The notes below the pieces were generated by a model. It saw only the letters and a list, made by a program, of their open reading frames with translations, was not told the DNA's origin and did not search any database. This document shows, one piece after another, positions 54,117 to 58,030 of a DNA stretch of 58,030 bases (its first letter is position 1; each line of letters starts with the position of its first letter). The DNA is taken from assembly GCA_038253515.1 (NCBI GenBank), contig JBBSHB010000003.1:1-58030 (forward strand), given 5' to 3'. The translations under genes and the position numbers were made by a program. The DNA comes from Gemmatimonadales bacterium. GTDB lineage: Bacteria > Gemmatimonadota > Gemmatimonadetes > Gemmatimonadales > GWC2-71-9.

Positions 54117-56072
54117 CTATTCCACCGGCACGCGTCCCGCCGGCGCACTCCCCGCGCTCAGCGTCCGCGCCGTCTCCACCATCCCGATGAACTCCCCCCG
54201 ATACCCCTGCTCATCCTCCCCGCGCGCACCCCGCGCCAGCGAGAGCACCTGCTCGTAGCTGGCCTGCCCGCGGTGCTCAGACTCCCGGAGCAGCATCGCG
54301 AACTCCACCACCGCCGACGCGAACCGCATGTCCTCCGATGCCGCGCCCGTCCGGTCGTTGACCGGCTGCTCCACCAGCTTGCTCGTCGAGCCCTTCGGGT
54401 CCTTGTACCGGAGCCGCACCGTCAGCAGTTCGCCGCTGTGCCGCGCGCCCGGCCGAAGCGAGACCTGCTGGTAGGTGAGGCTGTCCTCGTCCAGCGCCAC
54501 CGGCCGCGTCCCCACCGGCACCACCTCGTACAGCGCCGTCACCGAATGCCCCGACCCCATCTCGCCGGCGTCCTTCTTGTCGTCCTTGAAGTCCTCCTTC
54601 GCGAGCAGCCGGTTCTCGTAGCCCAGCAGCCGGTACGACTGCACCCGGGCCGGGTTGAACTCCACCTGGATCTTCACGTCCTTGGCCACGGTGAAGAGCG
54701 TGCCGCCGAACTCCTGCACGAACACCTTCTGCGCCTCGCGGAAGCTGTCGATGTAGGCGTAGTGGCCGTTTCCCTTGTCGGCCATCTGCTCCATCTTCGA
54801 GTCCTTGAGGTTGCCGGTGCCGAAGCCGAGCACCGTCAGGAAGGTGCCTTCCTCGCGCCGCTGCTCGATCAAGCGTACCATCTCCGCGTCGCTGCTCACC
54901 CCGATGTTGAAGTCGCCGTCGGTGGCCAGGATGACGCGGTTGTTGCCCTCCCGGTCGAAGTGCTCGCGCGCCACGTCATAGGCCAGCCGGATCCCCGCCC
55001 CGCCGGCCGTCGAGCCGCCGGCCTGGAGCTGGTCGATCGCCCCGAGGATCGTGGCCTTGTCCGACCCGCTGGTGGGCGGCAGCACCAGGCCGGCCGCGCC
55101 GGCGTACACCACGATGGCCACGTGGTCCTCCGGCCGAAGCTCGTGGACCAGTGTCCGGAACGCCTGCTGCACCAGCGGCAGCTTGTCGGGCGACTCCATC
55201 GAGCCGGAGACGTCGATCAGGAAGACCAGATTGCTCGGCGGCAGGTCGCGCGTCGGCACCCGTCGCGCCTGGAGCCCGATGCGGACCAGACGGTGGTCCG
55301 CGGCCCACGGGCAGGTCGCCACCTCGGTCGAGACCGCGAACGGGTGCTCGCCGCTCCGGTCGGCATACCGGTAGGGGAAGTAGTTGACCAGCTCCTCCAG
55401 CCGTACCGCGTCCTTGGGCGGCAGCGTGCCCTGGCTCAGGAACCGGCGCACGTTGCTGTAGGAGGCGGCGTCGACGTCGATGGAGAAGGTCGAGAGCGGG
55501 TTCGAGGCCGCTCCGAGGAAGCGGTTCTCGTTCACTACGTTGTAGGCCTCCGTGTTGAACGACTCGGCCGGGCGGCCCCAGGCGCCGGCCGTCGGGACGG
55601 CCCCGACACTCCGGAGGGCGGCGGCGTCCCCGCGAGTCACCTGGTCCATGCTCTTGAGCGCTTCGTTCCCCGTTGCGGCCTGGCGCCGGGCCTCCCTCTC
55701 CTCGGCGACCAGTTTCGGCTTCCCGCCTGCTGCGAGGGTGAAGTTGAGTGTCAGCGTTCCGCCTGCCCGGACCGTCCCGCCACTCTCCGCCGGTGCGTAG
55801 CCGGCACGCGTGGCCCGGACGGTGACCGGGCCGGCCGGCACCGCGGGAATCAGGTAGGCGCCCGCGGTGTCGGTGAGCGCCGAGAGCGCAGTTCCGACTA
55901 CCAGCACCTCGGCGTGAACCAGCGCGCCGCGGCCGTCGCGCACGTATCCGGTGATTCGCCCGCTGGACGGGGCCGTCCGGACCGGGGCGGCGCCCGTGGC
56001 GGCCAGCGTCAGACACAGAACGGCGACCAGGCCCGGTGTCCGCCGGGCGAGCGACCAGCGTGCGGCTCGCAT
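54117..56072 (-). CDS. YfbK-like von Willebrand factor A protein with N-terminal carboxypeptidase-regulatory-like domain
   Basis: M41 of track ORF 54117..56192 (GGAGG upstream) gives a signal peptide. GRITGYVRDGRG...GYAP is CarbopepD_reg-like. STFSIDVDAASYSNVRRFL and LVFLIDVSGSME (vWA MIDAS) follow, then a DUF3520-like C-terminus. Confidence 0.85.
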   Translation of the reverse strand: MRAARWSLARRTPGLVAVLCLTLAATGAAPVRTAPSSGRITGYVRDGRGALVHAEVLVVGTALSALTDTAGAYLIPAVPAGPVTVRATRAGYAPAESGGTVRAGGTLTLNFTLAAGGKPKLVAEEREARRQAATGNEALKSMDQVTRGDAAALRSVGAVPTAGAWGRPAESFNTEAYNVVNENRFLGAASNPLSTFSIDVDAASYSNVRRFLSQGTLPPKDAVRLEELVNYFPYRYADRSGEHPFAVSTEVATCPWAADHRLVRIGLQARRVPTRDLPPSNLVFLIDVSGSMESPDKLPLVQQAFRTLVHELRPEDHVAIVVYAGAAGLVLPPTSGSDKATILGAIDQLQAGGSTAGGAGIRLAYDVAREHFDREGNNRVILATDGDFNIGVSSDAEMVRLIEQRREEGTFLTVLGFGTGNLKDSKMEQMADKGNGHYAYIDSFREAQKVFVQEFGGTLFTVAKDVKIQVEFNPARVQSYRLLGYENRLLAKEDFKDDKKDAGEMGSGHSVTALYEVVPVGTRPVALDEDSLTYQQVSLRPGARHSGELLTVRLRYKDPKGSTSKLVEQPVNDRTGAASEDMRFASAVVEFAMLLRESEHRGQASYEQVLSLARGARGEDEQGYRGEFIGMVETARTLSAGSAPAGRVPVE

Positions 56073-56290
56073 CGAATCCTCCAACACTGTGGGTTGTGGC
56101 GTGAGACGGCGGCGACCTCGGCCGCGGGACGTAGGCAGGAGATGCGCGAGCCCCCGAACATGCACACGGCTCGGCCGCCGCCTCCGCACCACCGCCCGTT
56201 CACCCGACAGCCGGGCGCGCCCGTCCCTGCAGCTCGGCGGTGGTGCCTGACGCTTCGGGCGCGGCGCGTACCAGGGCTCCCGTCGCCACC

Positions 56291-56542
56291 CGCAGTCGTC
56301 TCACGGCGTCTGCGCGGCGGCTTACGGCCCAGCCGCCCCGCCTTACGCTCGCGACGCCTCGGCTTCCAGTCGCGGCGTCCGGCCTCGCGCTCGGCCTACC
56401 CCATGTCACACCTGGGGTGCCCCGTCTCACCCCTGCACCGCCGCGGCTCACGCCCGATCGGTCGCGGCTCACGCCGAGCTCGAACCGGCAGCACCAGAGT
56501 CGGCACCGGCGCACGCCCGCTCCGATTCGCCTCACGCTCGAT
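56291..56542. repeat. 12 x 21-bp phased degenerate direct-repeat array, core CGGCTCACGCC
   Basis: Hand alignment of 12 contiguous 21-nt units gives the consensus cSGcCnCGGCTCACGCCCGnn. The core A falls at 56303, 56324, 56345, 56408, 56429, 56450, 56471, 56513 and 56534, always a multiple of 21 apart. The array lies in an 850-nt gap with no credible gene. Confidence 0.85.
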
Positions 56543-56927
56543 TGCCTGCGTCCCCTTGGGAGCGGTCGTGTCCAGCACGAGGGACAGTCGGACCACGTCG
56601 TGACGAAGGAAGAGCCGCGCTGCGCCGAGCAGCGGCGAGTGCCACATCTGGCGAGCTCCAGGCGGGCAATGGATGCTGCCCAGGCTCACCGGCGCCGCTC
56701 TCGACCGGGCTGATCGCCAAGTGCATCTTTGATGCGACCTAGATCGTGGCTTCCGCTCCGCAACGTCATTCTGGCAGCCATCGAGCACTTTCGAGTGTGC
56801 AGGTGCGCGCGGCGCGGAGTGTTAGGGCAGGTCGAGGGATACGCTGAAGTCTGACACGGGTCGATTAGGCCGCGGTGCTCGCGGTTAGGCGTCCTCCACC
56901 CCTCACCTAAGCGGGGACCTCTTGGGT

Positions 56928-57755
56928 ATGGGTTCATCCAGGTTGTCGGGCACTGGGCACCTCCCTCGTGAAGCAACTCTCCTCGTCGACTCGCGCGTGC
57001 GGTCGGTTCTTTGGCGCGATCTCGTGCCGTTGCAACTCGGTGAACGCCTCCGCGAGCTGATGCTCCCGCTGCCCTGGCTCCTCCTCGCGCTCCTAGCTGC
57101 AGCGCGCGGCCTTCAGCCGCTGGCGCTGATCTGCTTCTTCTACTTCTTCCTGACCGGCCTTCGCTTGGTGCACGATGTCTTTCACGGCAATGTCGGGTTG
57201 CCGCGGCGAGTGAACGACGGTGTACTCGGGCTCCTGAGCGTCCTAATGCTCGGGTCAATGCATGCGGTGCGGCTCACGCATCTTCAACATCACCGAGATT
57301 GCCTGGGCGCGGGAGACACCGAGGGGGCAACGGCGCGGCGCAGGCGGCGCCTTGCTTCACGGAGTGATTTTCCCCTTCCAGTTGCACGCCGCGGCCTGGC
57401 GGCTGGCGACCGCCAGACAACGTCGCTGGATTGCTGGAGAGCTCGCGCTGAACGGGATCTGGATCGTCGGGGTCTTCTCCTGGGGGAGTTCGGCTCTCCG
57501 TTACCACGTTCTCGCTATGGCGGTGGGGCAGGCGCTGACCGGGTTTTCGCGGTCTGGACCGTCCACCACGATTGCGACCGCTGGGAGGAGATTGCACGGA
57601 CCCTTCGTCATCGCCTCAAGAGCGCCGTAGCCTTCAACATGTTCTATCATCTCGAGCACCACCTATATCCGCGAGTCCCGACGTGTCATCTTCCGGCTCT
57701 CGCCCAGCGCCTCGACCGGGCGGCCCCCGGAATCGTTCGCAAGCCGGTCTACTGA
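56928..57755 (+). pseudogene. Membrane fatty-acid-desaturase-family gene with two compensating frameshifts
   Basis: The His boxes HDVFH, HLQHH and HLEHH are in the frame of ORF 56922..57755. The plausible hydrophobic middle (ALLHGVIFPFQL...WIVGVFSW...YHVLAMAVGQALTG) is in the frame of ORF 57262..57630. The switches fall near G5 (57323-57327) and GGGTTTT (57541-57547). Confidence 0.6.
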
Positions 57756-57914
57756 CGAGTCAGCGGACTGGACGCCTAACCCGCTAATGCAGCCGACAAA
57801 CGCGGACGGCGCAAGGCTCCGTCCCCCGCCGCTCTCCGGTGGAGAGCTGCGGAACGTAAGCTCTCTCGAGTCGTTTGTAGCTGATTCGCATGTCGTTAGC
57901 AACTGTCTTGAAAG

Positions 57915-58030
57915 TCAAGCGTGGTGGGGGTCCCAGCGACGGTTCTGATGGAGCATCGCATTCAGGATCGTGAGCAGCTTCCGCATGCACGCGGTGGCGG
58001 CCACCTTGAAGGGTTTGCCCGCCGCACGCA
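57915..58030 (-). mobile_element. IS110-family transposase, C-terminal 38 codons (gene enters from the right edge)
   Basis: The minus-strand frame reads ...RAAGKPFKVAATACMRKLLTILNAMLHQNRRWDPHHA*, which is the characteristic IS110/IS1111 C-terminal motif. This frame is not the one listed in the ORF track. Confidence 0.6.

Noticed and set aside
56291-56542. CRISPR array
   Set aside because: The units are contiguous with no spacers, they are degenerate and only 21 nt long, and there are no cas genes in the window.
54273-56603. 776-aa plus-strand ORF, the longest unexplained ORF in the track
   Set aside because: It is antisense to the well-supported vWA gene. Its composition is Arg/Pro/Gly/His-rich low complexity typical of shadow frames in high-GC DNA, with no recognisable motifs.
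56200-56788. Reading the 21-bp array as heptad-repeat proteins (RLT-type on plus, GVSR-type or REPR-type on minus)
   Set aside because: Every frame gives a repeat, but none has a start context, signal or known fold. Conservation is contiguous at nucleotide level rather than codon-wise. This is kept as a non-coding repeat but not formally excluded.

Overview
High-GC (about 70% by eye) chromosomal segment from a diderm bacterium, since TolC, OmpA and lipoprotein signals are present. Gemmatimonadota-like is only a guess from protein style. I call about 55 genes. Most long ORFs in the six-frame track are antisense shadow ORFs typical of high-GC DNA. Left to right: a truncated IS630-like transposase start; tRNA-Thr(CGU) and tRNA-Leu(GAG); three tandem Ig-like-repeat lipoproteins; SURF1; then a long minus-strand gene train (23947 down to 7594). 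That train carries a peptide-type binding protein, GHMP kinase, heparinase II/III-like protein, class-III aminotransferase, two Amidohydro_2 paralogues, DHDPS-like, DHOD-like and OSBS/NSAR-type enolase enzymes, a GH38 mannosidase, a YkgJ-like protein and an M19 dipeptidase. It also holds two unannotated micro-ORFs. Next come two orphan ABC permeases with an ArsN2-like GNAT, a metzincin-like protease coupled to a DUF6438 lipoprotein, and assorted housekeeping or accessory genes (APC permease, LOG, SDR, DinB, J-domain protein, DUF1111 di-heme protein). After those lie a two-component system with TolC-MFP-RND efflux genes and a beta-propeller protein, OmpA, an SBP56 selenium-binding-type protein, a DUF4160/DUF2442 pair and a YfbK-like vWA protein. 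The right end has a 12 x 21-bp phased repeat array in an 850-nt gene-free gap, a frameshifted desaturase, and the 3' end of an IS110-type transposase. No rRNA, CRISPR array or prophage was seen. Several gene remnants are present (esterase, desaturase, M50, PAP2, OMP fragment). The best novelty candidates are the 21-bp array, the unclassifiable translationally coupled operon, and its 58-aa poly-acidic micro-ORF with a 3 x 11-bp leader repeat. All family calls come from motif recognition by eye, not from searches.
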